Shown here one piece after another: positions 51,582 to 60,830 of a stretch of 64,000 bases of DNA. The stretch's first letter is position 1; every line of letters starts with the position of its first letter. The stretch is from an uncultured Eubacteriales bacterium (GTDB lineage Bacteria; Actinomycetota; Coriobacteriia; Anaerosomatales; PHET01): assembly GCA_964492775.1 (NCBI GenBank), contig CAZBLH010000001.1:70188-134187 (forward strand). The letters are read 5' to 3'. The notes below the pieces were generated by a model. The model was not told where the DNA came from. It searched no databases and worked only from the letters and a program-made list of their open reading frames with translations. The position numbers and the translations under genes were made by a program.

Positions 51582-52411
51582 TGGACGTACGTGGTGCGGC
51601 TGCCGATCGCGCGCGTGAGCGCTACTCCGACGGCGGCAACTGTGCGCAGTCGGTGTTCGTGGCGCTGGCAGACGTGCCGGGCGCTCCTGAAATCCCCGAG
51701 TCGTTCGGCGGAGGGTTCACGACCGGTATCGGTGGTAACGGCTGCGTGTGTGGGGCGCTCGCCGCTGGAGTCTTCGTCTTGGGCGAGCACGCCACACGCC
51801 AAGGCCTCGAGCCTGGCGCCGCTCGGCAGCTTGCCGAGGAGATGTCGACTGCTCTGTACGACGAGTTCCGCGAGCGGTTCGGCGGAACGTGCTGCCGGGT
51901 GCTCAAGCGAGGGCAGACCGAGGGTTCGGATGAGTGGATGTCCGACTGCGTACGGATCTCCGAGGAGACCGCACAAATCGCCGCAGGCCTGATGGCCGAT
52001 CGTGTGGAGGGCCGACCCAAGCGCAACTTCCGCGACATGATGTCTGATGCGCGTCGTGCGGGGTTGGGTGTCCTTGCGGCGGCTTCTTTGGCGCTCTTGG
52101 TGGCGCTGGTCGTGCCCGTGGCTGCCGCGACGGTGTTTCCGCTCGTGGCGCTCGCTCTCGGTGTCGTGGCCGTGGCAGCTGAGTTCGTCGGGCCTGGCGG
52201 TCGCAAGGTTGGTAGGGTGCTTCGGGCCATCGGCACGGCGTCGGCTGCAGTAGCCGCGTGCGTCGTGCTATTTGCGCCGCAGAACGCCGAAGTCGTCCTG
52301 AGTGCCGTGCTCTCGGACGGCGGCTTCGTGCTGATTGCGAGAGTGTTCATCGCCGTTGCGACGCTTGTTGTGGCCGCCACTTCGGTCTTCGTGTTGAAAC
52401 GATACCGATAG
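51578..52411 (+). CDS. C_GCAxxG_C_C-family protein fused to a C-terminal multi-TM segment
   Basis: ATGA overlap with the previous gene. GGNCAQSVF, GNGCVCGALAAG and GGTCCRVL cysteine motifs. The C-terminal ~130 aa is hydrophobic. Confidence 0.65.
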   Translation: MMDVRGAAADRARERYSDGGNCAQSVFVALADVPGAPEIPESFGGGFTTGIGGNGCVCGALAAGVFVLGEHATRQGLEPGAARQLAEEMSTALYDEFRERFGGTCCRVLKRGQTEGSDEWMSDCVRISEETAQIAAGLMADRVEGRPKRNFRDMMSDARRAGLGVLAAASLALLVALVVPVAAATVFPLVALALGVVAVAAEFVGPGGRKVGRVLRAIGTASAAVAACVVLFAPQNAEVVLSAVLSDGGFVLIARVFIAVATLVVAATSVFVLKRYR

Positions 52412-52505
52412 GAGAGGCGCGGTTCGAAACGCGTTTCGTGTACCACTGCAAGTTGGCAGTGCGTTGAGCGGGGAGTGATTCGTTCGCCTGGTGCTGAGTG
52501 CCGGT

Positions 52506-53852
52506 TCAGCGTCGCCAGCGGCGTATCACTCCCCGCCGCCATTCGACGATCTCGGCGGGCGTAGCCCCTCCGCGGTATCGAGCGAGGGTGAGCATGTTGA
52601 GCGCCGTCCACCGCCACGTCCCATACTCCCGCCACCTGCGGGCAGACGTGACGAGCGGTAACGGGGAGATCGCGACCTTCCCGGCACGCCCGGCAGTCTC
52701 GACCAGGATCAGGTCCTCAAGCAGCGGCTCCTCAGGAAACCCGCCGAGCGCCTCGTAAGCGACTCGGCGCAGGAAGAGCCCTTGGTCACCGTAGGGCAGC
52801 TGCAGCAGCCGCGCCCGGAGATTCGTGTTCCGCTCGAAGAGCCGTAGCGTGGGTGTCGTGGCGTCCATCGCGAACGTGTAAGCGCCGAGCAAGACCCCTG
52901 GATCGGCGAGTACCTCGAACGCCGCGTTCCTGAAGCCTTGCGACGGCATGGAGTCGGCGTGAACGAAGAGCAGCACGTCGCTTGACGTGCTGTGTGCACC
53001 GAGGTTCTGCTGGAGGCCGCGCCCGGGCGACGAATCGATGACGCGCACCCCCGCATGCCGAGCGACGTCCGTGCTTTCATCCGTGCTGCCGCCGTCTACG
53101 ACGACCACCTCGTCCGCCTCGGCAAGCAGCCTCGGGAGCAGCGCAGCAAGCGATGCCGACTCGTTCAGAACGGGTACGACCACAGCAAGCGTCTCGGGCT
53201 TGCCGTACCATGACCGGCGCAAGGACTCCCAAGCCGGCAGGTCCTCGGGAAGGTCGACGTCGGAGCGCGCTTCGCCGAGCGCGGGGGTGATGCCCGCCAA
53301 GCGAAAGCGCTCCACAGTCTGGTTCAGCACTGCTTCGGTGCCCCAGTTGATGCCCTCGAGCAGCAGCGGGAGGGAGTCTCGGCGCGTATGGTGCACGGCC
53401 ATGGCGCAGAAGCCGCCGTCGGCCGCCGGGATGATAGCGACCCCCGCTTCCGTCGCAGAGCGGATGCATACGCGGAGATCCTGGGCGGTCACCGCCGGGC
53501 AGTCCGCGCCCAGAACGAGTGCGACCTGGGCGGTCTCGAGCCCTCGCTTGAGTGCGCGCACGATTCGCTCGCCGAGTCCGCCGCCGCCCTGGCCGACCGC
53601 CCGCAGACCGAGCCAGCGCTGGGCCTCAGTAGCCGTGCGCCTCTCGTCCCTCGCCGATGCGGTGACGCAGGCCTCCAGCGAGACGTTCTCCCGTGCGGCG
53701 AGGACCCGGCACTGCCTGACCACGTGCTCGGCCATCCGGCGCTGCAGGTCGGCGGCACCCTGGGGGCCGAGCGCGGGGATCAGGCGGGTCTTGGATAGTC
53801 CCGGTTCAGGAAGCCGAGTCATGAGGCTGACGTGTGCGTGGATGTCGCGCAT
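52506..53852 (-). CDS. Fusion of a DUF2064 (TIGR04282-like) glycosyltransferase with a GT2 (TIGR04283-like) glycosyltransferase
   Basis: Start is taken at ATG 53852. The N-terminal part has LMTRLPEPGLSKTRLIPALG. The C-terminal part has LAVVVPVLNESASL and VVVVDGGSTDES. Confidence 0.65.
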   Translation of the reverse strand: MRDIHAHVSLMTRLPEPGLSKTRLIPALGPQGAADLQRRMAEHVVRQCRVLAARENVSLEACVTASARDERRTATEAQRWLGLRAVGQGGGGLGERIVRALKRGLETAQVALVLGADCPAVTAQDLRVCIRSATEAGVAIIPAADGGFCAMAVHHTRRDSLPLLLEGINWGTEAVLNQTVERFRLAGITPALGEARSDVDLPEDLPAWESLRRSWYGKPETLAVVVPVLNESASLAALLPRLLAEADEVVVVDGGSTDESTDVARHAGVRVIDSSPGRGLQQNLGAHSTSSDVLLFVHADSMPSQGFRNAAFEVLADPGVLLGAYTFAMDATTPTLRLFERNTNLRARLLQLPYGDQGLFLRRVAYEALGGFPEEPLLEDLILVETAGRAGKVAISPLPLVTSARRWREYGTWRWTALNMLTLARYRGGATPAEIVEWRRGVIRRWRR

Positions 53853-53916
53853 CCGCACAGCATAGCGTTCTGGCACGGCGGCCTGAAGGAGCGTCCGCGC
53901 AAGCGCTGTGCGGTCC

Positions 53917-54393
53917 CTACGCGGCGTAGATGCGGACCCTCTCGCCCTTATTGCCGTCGACGGTGACCTCCATCTCGCGCAGCGACTTGACGAGCTCGTC
54001 AATGTCTTCCGCCTTGAGGTTGTTGAAGTCGATCGAGATGTCGGACTTGGCGAGCGACTCGTTGATCTCGTCCATCGCCGAGGAGGGGATCAGCGACGTC
54101 AGCTTGAGTCCTGCACGCACGAGCGATAGCGGCACCTTGATGTCGACGTTCTCGCCCTCAGGCGATTCGACCTTCACGTAGAGAGTCTTCGGCAGCGCCT
54201 CCAGGACCGGCGTGGGGTCGCCGGTGATCCGGGAGGCCGATTCAGCCGCGCCGACACCCGCAGCGCCGCCCTCGGCACCGGACACGCTGGTGCGAGCGGA
54301 GAGGGCGTCGAGCAGCTTGTCGGCCTCCTCGGCAGTGATCTTGCCTTCGGCGAGCATGTTCAGTATCCGGACTCTGCCTTCACTCATCTGCAA
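53917..54393 (-). CDS. SHOCT-like / YvlB-type small protein (partner of DUF2089)
   Basis: The N-terminus reads RILNMLAEGKITAEEADKLLDAL. It lies immediately downstream of the DUF2089 gene on the same strand. Confidence 0.5.
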   Translation of the reverse strand: MQMSEGRVRILNMLAEGKITAEEADKLLDALSARTSVSGAEGGAAGVGAAESASRITGDPTPVLEALPKTLYVKVESPEGENVDIKVPLSLVRAGLKLTSLIPSSAMDEINESLAKSDISIDFNNLKAEDIDELVKSLREMEVTVDGNKGERVRIYAA

Positions 54394-54453
54394 ACACCTC
54401 TCTCATCTGATCGCGACATTGACGTGCCTTCACGTGGATGAGGTGCGGAGGCA

Positions 54454-54852
54454 TCAGTCCCATGCCCGCAGCCTCTTGGTAGCCTCAGCGGCGGTAATCT
54501 CGCCGCGCTCCAGCATGCCGAGGATGTCGTCGGCGTCTGCGCCCTCCGCCGGAGAGGCCGGCTTCGGCGGGGCCGTGTCGACCTCGATCAACTGGAGTTG
54601 CTCGGCAATTCGGTTGAGGCGGTTCTTCACGGTGGGGTAACTGACTCCGAATGCGCGCTCCATGTCCTTGATCGAGCCGTGGTTTCGGATGAACGCGGCG
54701 ACGAACACCTGGTCCTCGTAGGTGAGGCGTGCAAGCGGCGGGAGCTCGAAGTCTCCCCCGATCGCGATGCCGGAGTCGGTGAGCCGAATCCCCGTGATGG
54801 TGAACGGCTTGTCGCCGGTGAGGTCGGTGAGCTGGTGCCAATCGTGAGCCAT
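54454..54852 (-). CDS. DUF2089-family protein (zinc-ribbon-less variant with an HTH)
   Basis: LTYEDQVFVAAFIRNHGSIKDMERAFGVSYPTVKNRLNRI, then a C-terminal ILGMLERGEITAAEATKRL. Confidence 0.65.
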   Translation of the reverse strand: MAHDWHQLTDLTGDKPFTITGIRLTDSGIAIGGDFELPPLARLTYEDQVFVAAFIRNHGSIKDMERAFGVSYPTVKNRLNRIAEQLQLIEVDTAPPKPASPAEGADADDILGMLERGEITAAEATKRLRAWD

Positions 54853-55119
54853 TCTCTTCCTCCTTGAGTTTCTGTACTCAGTATCGGACTGTGAATCATA
54901 AAAATCAAGTCAAACCTTAAAGAAATCAAGGCAACCGCGCGATACAAGTAAGATCCTCATCAATGAACCGGGACATGTGGGCAGATAGAGGCGAGCTCTT
55001 GGTGTGTGAGGCGGAGGACGGAATTCTTCGGCGCGTTGGGCGATTTGAAGTAGTCTGAGTGCACCCGACCGTCCATCGGCGGTTCATTCGAGTCGCACAT
55101 GCTGAATGAGGAGCTGAAG

Positions 55120-56466
55120 ATGATCCCGCGTTACTCCCGCCCCGAGATGGCCCGCATCTGGTCACTCGAGAACAAGTTCGACGTCTGGCGTGAGATTGAA
55201 GTGCTAGCGTGCGAGGCTCAGGCCGAGCTCGGCGAGATCGGTATCACCCGCGAGGAGGCTGCCCACATCCGGGCCACCGCCGCGTTTGAGGTTGAGCGCA
55301 TTGATGAGCTTGAGGCCACGCTCAACCACGACGTGATCGCGTTTCTCACCAACATGGCCGAGCACATTGACGCGGGCATCCCCGAGGGTGAGCCTAAGCC
55401 GAGCCGCTGGGTGCATTACGGCATGACCTCGTCCGATCTGGGCGACACGGCGCTTTGCTACCAGATGACGCAGGCGATCGACATCATCCTCGCCGACGTC
55501 CGCCGCCTGGGCGCCATCTGCAAGCGGCGTGCGCTTGAGACCCGCGACGTGCTGTGCGTGGGCCGTACTCACGGCATCCACGCCGAGCCGATGGTGATGG
55601 GGATGAAGTTCGGCCGCTGGGCGTGGGCGCTCAAGCGCGCTGAGTCCCGGCTGATCGCCACGCGCCAGTACTCGTGCGCGTGGGGAGCGATCTCCGGTGC
55701 GGTCGGAAGCTACTCCAACATCGACCCGTACGTTGAAACCTACGTCTGCGAGAAGCTCGGGCTCAAGCCCGACCCGCTCTCCTCGCAGGTGATCGCGCGC
55801 GACCGCCACGCGCACTTCCTTGCGGTACTCGCCGTCATCGCATCCACGGCGGAGGAGATCGCCACCGAGGTGCGCGCTCTGCAGAAGTCCGACACCCTGG
55901 AGGCAGAGGAGCCGTTCGCTGCGGGCCAGAAAGGTTCCTCGGCGATGCCGCACAAGCGCAACCCCATAACCGCCGAGCGGGTCTGCGGGCTCGCGCGCGT
56001 AGTGAAGGCCAACGCGCAGGTCGGCTTCGATAACGTCGCGTTGTGGCATGAGCGCGACATCTCGCACTCGAGCGCCGAGCGAGTTGTGCTTGCCGATTCG
56101 ACGATCGCGCTCGACTACCTGCTCGGCAAGCTGGAGTGGATCCTCGACGGGCTCGTCATCTACCCCGAGCGCATGCGCGCGAACCTCGAGATGACGCGCG
56201 GGTTGATCTACAGCTCGCGGGTGCTGCTTGCGCTCGTCGACACCGGTATCACGCGCGAGGCCGCGTACGCGATCGTGCAGCGCAACGCGATGGCAGTCTG
56301 GGACGACATTCAGCAGGCACGCCCGGGGGCGACCTACCGCGAGCGGCTTGAGGCCGACGTCGAGTGCCCGCTCAGTCCCGAACAGCTCGACGAGATCTTC
56401 GACCCGTGGGCGTTTCTGGCCCGCACCGACGTGCTCTTCGACAGGCTCGAGGAGTGCGAGTTCTAG
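55120..56466 (+). CDS. purB: Adenylosuccinate lyase
   Basis: ATG 55120 follows GAGGAG. MIPRYSRPEM and the fumarate-lyase signature GSSAMPHKRNP. Confidence 0.95.
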   Translation: MIPRYSRPEMARIWSLENKFDVWREIEVLACEAQAELGEIGITREEAAHIRATAAFEVERIDELEATLNHDVIAFLTNMAEHIDAGIPEGEPKPSRWVHYGMTSSDLGDTALCYQMTQAIDIILADVRRLGAICKRRALETRDVLCVGRTHGIHAEPMVMGMKFGRWAWALKRAESRLIATRQYSCAWGAISGAVGSYSNIDPYVETYVCEKLGLKPDPLSSQVIARDRHAHFLAVLAVIASTAEEIATEVRALQKSDTLEAEEPFAAGQKGSSAMPHKRNPITAERVCGLARVVKANAQVGFDNVALWHERDISHSSAERVVLADSTIALDYLLGKLEWILDGLVIYPERMRANLEMTRGLIYSSRVLLALVDTGITREAAYAIVQRNAMAVWDDIQQARPGATYRERLEADVECPLSPEQLDEIFDPWAFLARTDVLFDRLEECEF

Positions 56467-56894
56467 GGTAAGCGTGAACCGCCGCCGAGGCCGTCGGGCA
56501 TCGTCGGCGTGTCGTCGGCATCAAGTGCTTCCCATGAGCCGTTCGCCTTCGCGCGCTCGATCGCCTCGAACCCTGCCGGCGTCATTCGACCCTCGGCGAT
56601 CAGGCGTTCGACCCGCTGTCTATTCGAGCGCGCCCAGCCGCTTCTCGGGCGGCGCGGAGTGAGGCTGATGATGTAGCGCTCGTCGTCGAGCTTCATGGCG
56701 GTGCTGTCGATCCACCCGAAGCTCAGTGCCTCCTCGACTGCATCGTCGTAGGTGAGCGTAGTCTTCGTGCCGCCCTTCTTCGAGACGGCGGCTCGCACTC
56801 CCGTCGAGGTAGAGTGGTTCTCGCTGAGCCACGCGCGTAGCTCAGCGCGGTCCGCGACCTCAAGAAGAGGCCGCTCGGCAGGCTTCGGGCTCAC
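56463..56894 (-). CDS. YdeI/OmpD-associated family protein
   Basis: LRAWLSENHSTS...EEALSFGWIDS...LTPRRPRSGWARSNRQRVERL pattern. 143 aa. Confidence 0.55.
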   Translation of the reverse strand: MSPKPAERPLLEVADRAELRAWLSENHSTSTGVRAAVSKKGGTKTTLTYDDAVEEALSFGWIDSTAMKLDDERYIISLTPRRPRSGWARSNRQRVERLIAEGRMTPAGFEAIERAKANGSWEALDADDTPTMPDGLGGGSRLP

Positions 56895-57125
56895 TCGGCA
56901 ACCTCGCCTTCCAGACTGACTGAGAGCACTCGACCATGGCGACTCGCGCTCATTGCACTTCGGCGCACGTGTTCGAGCCGACTGCGGTCATTCGACACGT
57001 ACGCATTGTAGCGAGAACGCGCGGACCAGCCTCGAAACGGTATGCTGTTGCGTCGAACGACAATATGGGCTCGCATGGACACCAGAGTGGCGCCCTGATG
57101 CGCGCCGGACCAAAGGAGACGGATC

Positions 57126-57407
57126 ATGGCAACTGCAGCCGCCAGGCACATCTTGGTTGCGACCGAGGAAGAGGCGCTCGAACTCAAGAACAAGATCGCT
57201 GCAGGCGCTGATTTCGCGCAGATGGCGCGCGAGCATTCGCAGTGCCCGTCGGGCGCCCGCGGCGGCGACCTTGGCATCTTCTCGCCCGGACAGATGGTCA
57301 AGGAGTTCAACGACGTCTGCTTCACCGGCGAAGTCGGCGTGGTTCACGGCCCCGTGCAGACGCAGTTCGGGTACCACCTCATCGAGATCACTGACCGCCA
57401 GGACTGA
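57126..57407 (+). CDS. ppiC: Parvulin-type peptidyl-prolyl cis-trans isomerase
   Basis: ARHILV...ADFAQMAREHSQCPSGARGGDLGIFSPGQMVKEFNDV...FGYHLIEI. 93 aa. Confidence 0.9.
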   Translation: MATAAARHILVATEEEALELKNKIAAGADFAQMAREHSQCPSGARGGDLGIFSPGQMVKEFNDVCFTGEVGVVHGPVQTQFGYHLIEITDRQD

Positions 57408-58670
57408 TCTGGCGGTGCAGGGAGAGTCGGCCTCACGGAACGCCTCGTAGACACCGATCACGCAGCTCGCCGGGACCTCGTCCCGTTCCTATCGCTTGAA
57501 GCCGCGACGCTCATCGCCGCAGTCGGCAATGGCGTCGCGGCGATTGCGCTGCCTTGGCTAACGCTGCGACTCACCGACGACCCGGCCGCCGCCGGAGTCG
57601 TCGTCGCCGTTGCTGCGGTACCGACGCTGATCGCCTCGCTTGCGAGCGGTGTGATCATCGACCGGCTCGGCCGGCAGCGCACGAGTGTCGGCTCCGACGT
57701 TTTCTCGGCGATCTCGGCGGCGATGATCCCCGTCTTCGCGCTTGCGGGTGTGCTCACCTACCCGCTTGTCGTGGTGGCGTCGGTCATCGGCTCCGTGTTC
57801 GACCCGGTCGGCGTGACCGCTCGCGAGGCGATGCTGCCCGATGTCGCGAAGCAGGCGCACCTGCCGCTCGAGCGCGTCAACGGGGTGCACGAGGCCATCT
57901 GGGGGCTGGGTTGGCTCATCGGCCCAGGCATGGCGGGCGTGCTTATCGCCGCCATCGGGGCTGAACTCTCCTTCTGGGCGATGTTCGGCGGTTTCGTAGC
58001 ATCGGCGCTCCTTGTCGGGCTCGGTGTGATGCGCACGCCGCCGCCGGTCGTGCACGTGAAGCAGCACTGGATCAGGGATGCGCTTGACGGCGCCAGGATC
58101 GTCATCCGCGACCCGGCGATCAGATCGACGACGGTGCTCTCCACCATCGTGTTCGCAATCAGCTACTCGGTTCTCGCCGTCGTGCTGCCCGTCATCTACG
58201 AGCGGCTCGACAAGCCCCGGGAGCTCGGCGTCCTGCTCATGGTCTTTTCGGCGGGCGGGGTGATTGGCGCCCTGCTGTACAGCGCCTTCGGAACGCGCAT
58301 GCCGCGCCGGGTGCTCTTCGTCGCCGGGATGATCGTGACCGCGGTACTGATCGGCGTGCTGGCGCTGGACCCCGCATACTGGGTGCTCCTCGTCGCGATG
58401 GCGATCGGCGGGGCCCTGAACGGACCGGTCGCCCCCATCGCCAACGTGGTCTTGCAGGAGCGCGTGGCCGAACAGGCCAGAGGGCGTGCCCTGTCGATGG
58501 TGTTCGCCTTCGCGTACGCGCTGTACCCGGTGGGCTACGTAGCATCGGGCTTCCTGATCAATGCAACGAGTATCACCTTCACGCTCGTGGCTGCAGCGGT
58601 GATTACAGGTCTCGCGGCGCTCTGGTCGCTGTTTACGCCAGCCCTTCGGAACCTGGACGCCCCGTCCTAG
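57408..58670 (+). CDS. MFS transporter (MFS_3 family) with an unresolved 5' end. The first canonical start is GTG 57651, but clear TM1-TM2 coding extends upstream to 57408.
   Basis: The in-frame upstream translation is RRDLVPFLSLEAATLIAAVGNGVAAIALPWLTLRLTDDPAAAGVVVAVAAVPTLIASLASGVIIDRLGR, typical MFS TM1/TM2 plus motif A. No ATG, GTG or TTG occurs in that frame between 57408 and 57650. Confidence 0.6.
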   Translation, partial: SGGAGRVGLTERLVDTDHAARRDLVPFLSLEAATLIAAVGNGVAAIALPWLTLRLTDDPAAAGVVVAVAAVPTLIASLASGVIIDRLGRQRTSVGSDVFSAISAAMIPVFALAGVLTYPLVVVASVIGSVFDPVGVTAREAMLPDVAKQAHLPLERVNGVHEAIWGLGWLIGPGMAGVLIAAIGAELSFWAMFGGFVASALLVGLGVMRTPPPVVHVKQHWIRDALDGARIVIRDPAIRSTTVLSTIVFAISYSVLAVVLPVIYERLDKPRELGVLLMVFSAGGVIGALLYSAFGTRMPRRVLFVAGMIVTAVLIGVLALDPAYWVLLVAMAIGGALNGPVAPIANVVLQERVAEQARGRALSMVFAFAYALYPVGYVASGFLINATSITFTLVAAAVITGLAALWSLFTPALRNLDAPS

Positions 58671-59051
58671 TCCAGGTCGGTGAGGCGAAGCAACCGCTTC
58701 TCGGCGTCACCGCCGAGGAACTGCAGAAGGCGCTCGCCATCCTCGGCCACCTCCGCGCGCTGGCTCTTCGAAGTTGCCGAGAGCAGCCTGACGATCAGGG
58801 TCTTGGCGGGGCATCAGGCGCCTGCCGAGCGCCGGGTCGAGGAAGCGGGACCTGTCGCGCTCCGCTCGGTCATTCGCCCTGTGCACGCCGCAGCTCATGG
58901 AGTGATTGTTCCCCGAGCCCAGCGCACGCGCGTCTGACATTACTAGCATGGTCATCGCAGCTCGTGCCTGCTGCAGTGCCGAGCATTCGAGTATCGTTGT
59001 GGCAGAAGCTGCCAGAAGATACCCCGCACGATCCCGTAGGAGCGAAGTGAC

Positions 59052-59507
59052 GTGGCGCGCTGCTCGTACCACCCCGACGTCGAGACGGAGATGTCCTGCG
59101 CCGAGTGCGGCCGGCCCATCTGTCCCAAAGAGATGGTCCTCACGCCGGTCGGCTACAAGTGTCCCGAGCACGCTCGGCCGAAGCGAAGCCAGTACGTGCT
59201 CGTTAAGCCGCGGCAGTTGCTGTTCGCGTCGCTCGCCGGATTTGGCGCTGGTGTCGGGGGAGGCATTCTCGTCGGGCTGATCGGGTGGGGTGGGTTCCTT
59301 CTCGGCATCCTGTGGGGCTCACTCACAAGCGAGGCCGTGCGCCGAGCCTCCGGCGGCCATCGTGGCGGCACCGTCGGTGCGGTGGCGGCAGTTGCTCTCG
59401 TGCTGGGCTGGCTCGTGGGTAACCTCACCGGTGGCGTGAGCATCGTGACGGTCATCATCGCCGTAGTGATCGCGCTCGTTCAGCTCGCGGTGATCGGCAC
59501 GCGCTGA
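59052..59507 (+). CDS. Zinc-ribbon (B-box-like) membrane protein, function unknown
   Basis: CSYHPDVETEMSCAECGRPICPKEMV...YKCPEH, followed by three Gly-rich TM segments. AGGAG lies about 10 nt upstream of the GTG start. Confidence 0.55.
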   Translation: MARCSYHPDVETEMSCAECGRPICPKEMVLTPVGYKCPEHARPKRSQYVLVKPRQLLFASLAGFGAGVGGGILVGLIGWGGFLLGILWGSLTSEAVRRASGGHRGGTVGAVAAVALVLGWLVGNLTGGVSIVTVIIAVVIALVQLAVIGTR

Positions 59508-59599
59508 GCCGCCGCCGGGCTGCCTCGGAGGCGCCCTGAGGCGCGTGGCAAGGTATCATACTCTGAGAGAGGGATCGTTCTTCGACGGAAGGAGTCCCC

Positions 59600-59992
59600 A
59601 TGCTCAAGGAGTTCAAGGAGTTCGCGCTCAGAGGTAGCGTTCTGGACCTGGCGGTCGGTGTTGTGATCGGCGCGGCATTCGGTGCGATCGTCACCTCGTT
59701 CGTCAACGATCTCGTCAATCCGCTCATCGGCGTGTTGATCGGCGACACGAACCTTGCGGACAAGACCGTTTCACTTGGCGGCCAGGCGGTTCTGAACTAC
59801 GGGTCGTTCTTGAACGCGGTCATCAACTTCCTGGTTGTCGCGTTCGCGCTGTTCCTTATCGTCAAGGTGATCAACCGCTTCCGCAGGGCGGAGGACCCGG
59901 TCACTCGGCCATGCCCGTTCTGCGAGACCGAGATCTCCAAGTCCGCGACGAAGTGCCCGGCATGCACTTCAGAGCTCACCGCGGAGGCGTAG
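59600..59992 (+). CDS. mscL: Large-conductance mechanosensitive channel with a C-terminal CxxC...CxxC extension
   Basis: [44 protein letters not shown]. The tail reads [18 protein letters not shown]. Confidence 0.9.
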   Translation: MLKEFKEFALRGSVLDLAVGVVIGAAFGAIVTSFVNDLVNPLIGVLIGDTNLADKTVSLGGQAVLNYGSFLNAVINFLVVAFALFLIVKVINRFRRAEDPVTRPCPFCETEISKSATKCPACTSELTAEA

Positions 59993-60119
59993 GTAGCCTC
60001 CGAGCGTCTGGAGATTCGGTGGAAAGCGCCCGCCGCGTGTAGGGTAGGCGCAGACTTCGCTTCGGCTCGGACAGCGCCGAGCATGTGCGGCACGGACTCG
60101 ATCTCCGGAAGGCAGGCCG

Positions 60120-60830
60120 ATGGTAGCCGAGGCAAAACGAATACTGCTGGTCGAAGACGAGAAGGCAATCCGCGATGTCGTCTCCGCCTACCTCGAGCGT
60201 GAAGGGTACTGGGTCACGCCTGCGGCGGACGGGCAGATGGCGCTCGACCAGTTCGGCAAGAACCGGTTCGACCTTGTGGTGCTGGATCTGATGCTGCCCA
60301 AGGTCTCAGGCGAGGATGTCTGCCGAGCGATTCGCGACTCCTCTGACGTGCCGATCATCATGCTGACGGCCAAAGGCGAGCTTGAGGACCGGGTCGCAGG
60401 GCTCGAACTCGGAGCCGACGATTACCTCGTCAAGCCGTTCTCTCCTCGCGAGCTGGTTGCCCGCGTCCGTGCGCTGCTGCGCCGGGCCCGCGTCGGCAAC
60501 GAACCGCAGAGGGACCGGCTCATCTACGGGCCTCTGGAGATCGACAACGCCGGTCACAAGGCCTTCCTCGACGGCCGGGAGCTGGACCTTACCGCGAGCG
60601 AGTTCAAGCTGCTTGTCACGCTCGCTCGCTATCCGGGGCGCGTCTACTCGCGGATGGAACTCGTTGAGAAGGTGCTCGGCTATGACTTCGAAGGCTACGA
60701 GCGCACGGTGGACAGCCACGTGAAGAACCTCCGGGCCAAGCTGGGCGACGATCCGCGTTCGCCGACGTTCATCTGGACCGTTCACGGCGTCGGGTACCGT
60801 TTCGAGGCGCCGAGGTCGGATGGCGACTGA
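60120..60830 (+). CDS. OmpR/PhoB-family response regulator
   Basis: Receiver domain (DLVVLDLMLP, LTAKG) and a winged-helix output domain (LTASEFKLLVTLARYPGRVYSR...VHGVGYRF). Confidence 0.9.
   Translation: MVAEAKRILLVEDEKAIRDVVSAYLEREGYWVTPAADGQMALDQFGKNRFDLVVLDLMLPKVSGEDVCRAIRDSSDVPIIMLTAKGELEDRVAGLELGADDYLVKPFSPRELVARVRALLRRARVGNEPQRDRLIYGPLEIDNAGHKAFLDGRELDLTASEFKLLVTLARYPGRVYSRMELVEKVLGYDFEGYERTVDSHVKNLRAKLGDDPRSPTFIWTVHGVGYRFEAPRSDGD

Noticed and set aside
58672-58935. A possible small minus-strand gene ending ...KTLIVRLLSATSKSQRAEVAEDGERLLQFLGGDAEKRLLRLTDLD.
   Set aside because: That frame is closed by a TGA just upstream, and the only in-frame start would give 27 aa. It may be a frameshifted remnant, but I cannot support a functional CDS.
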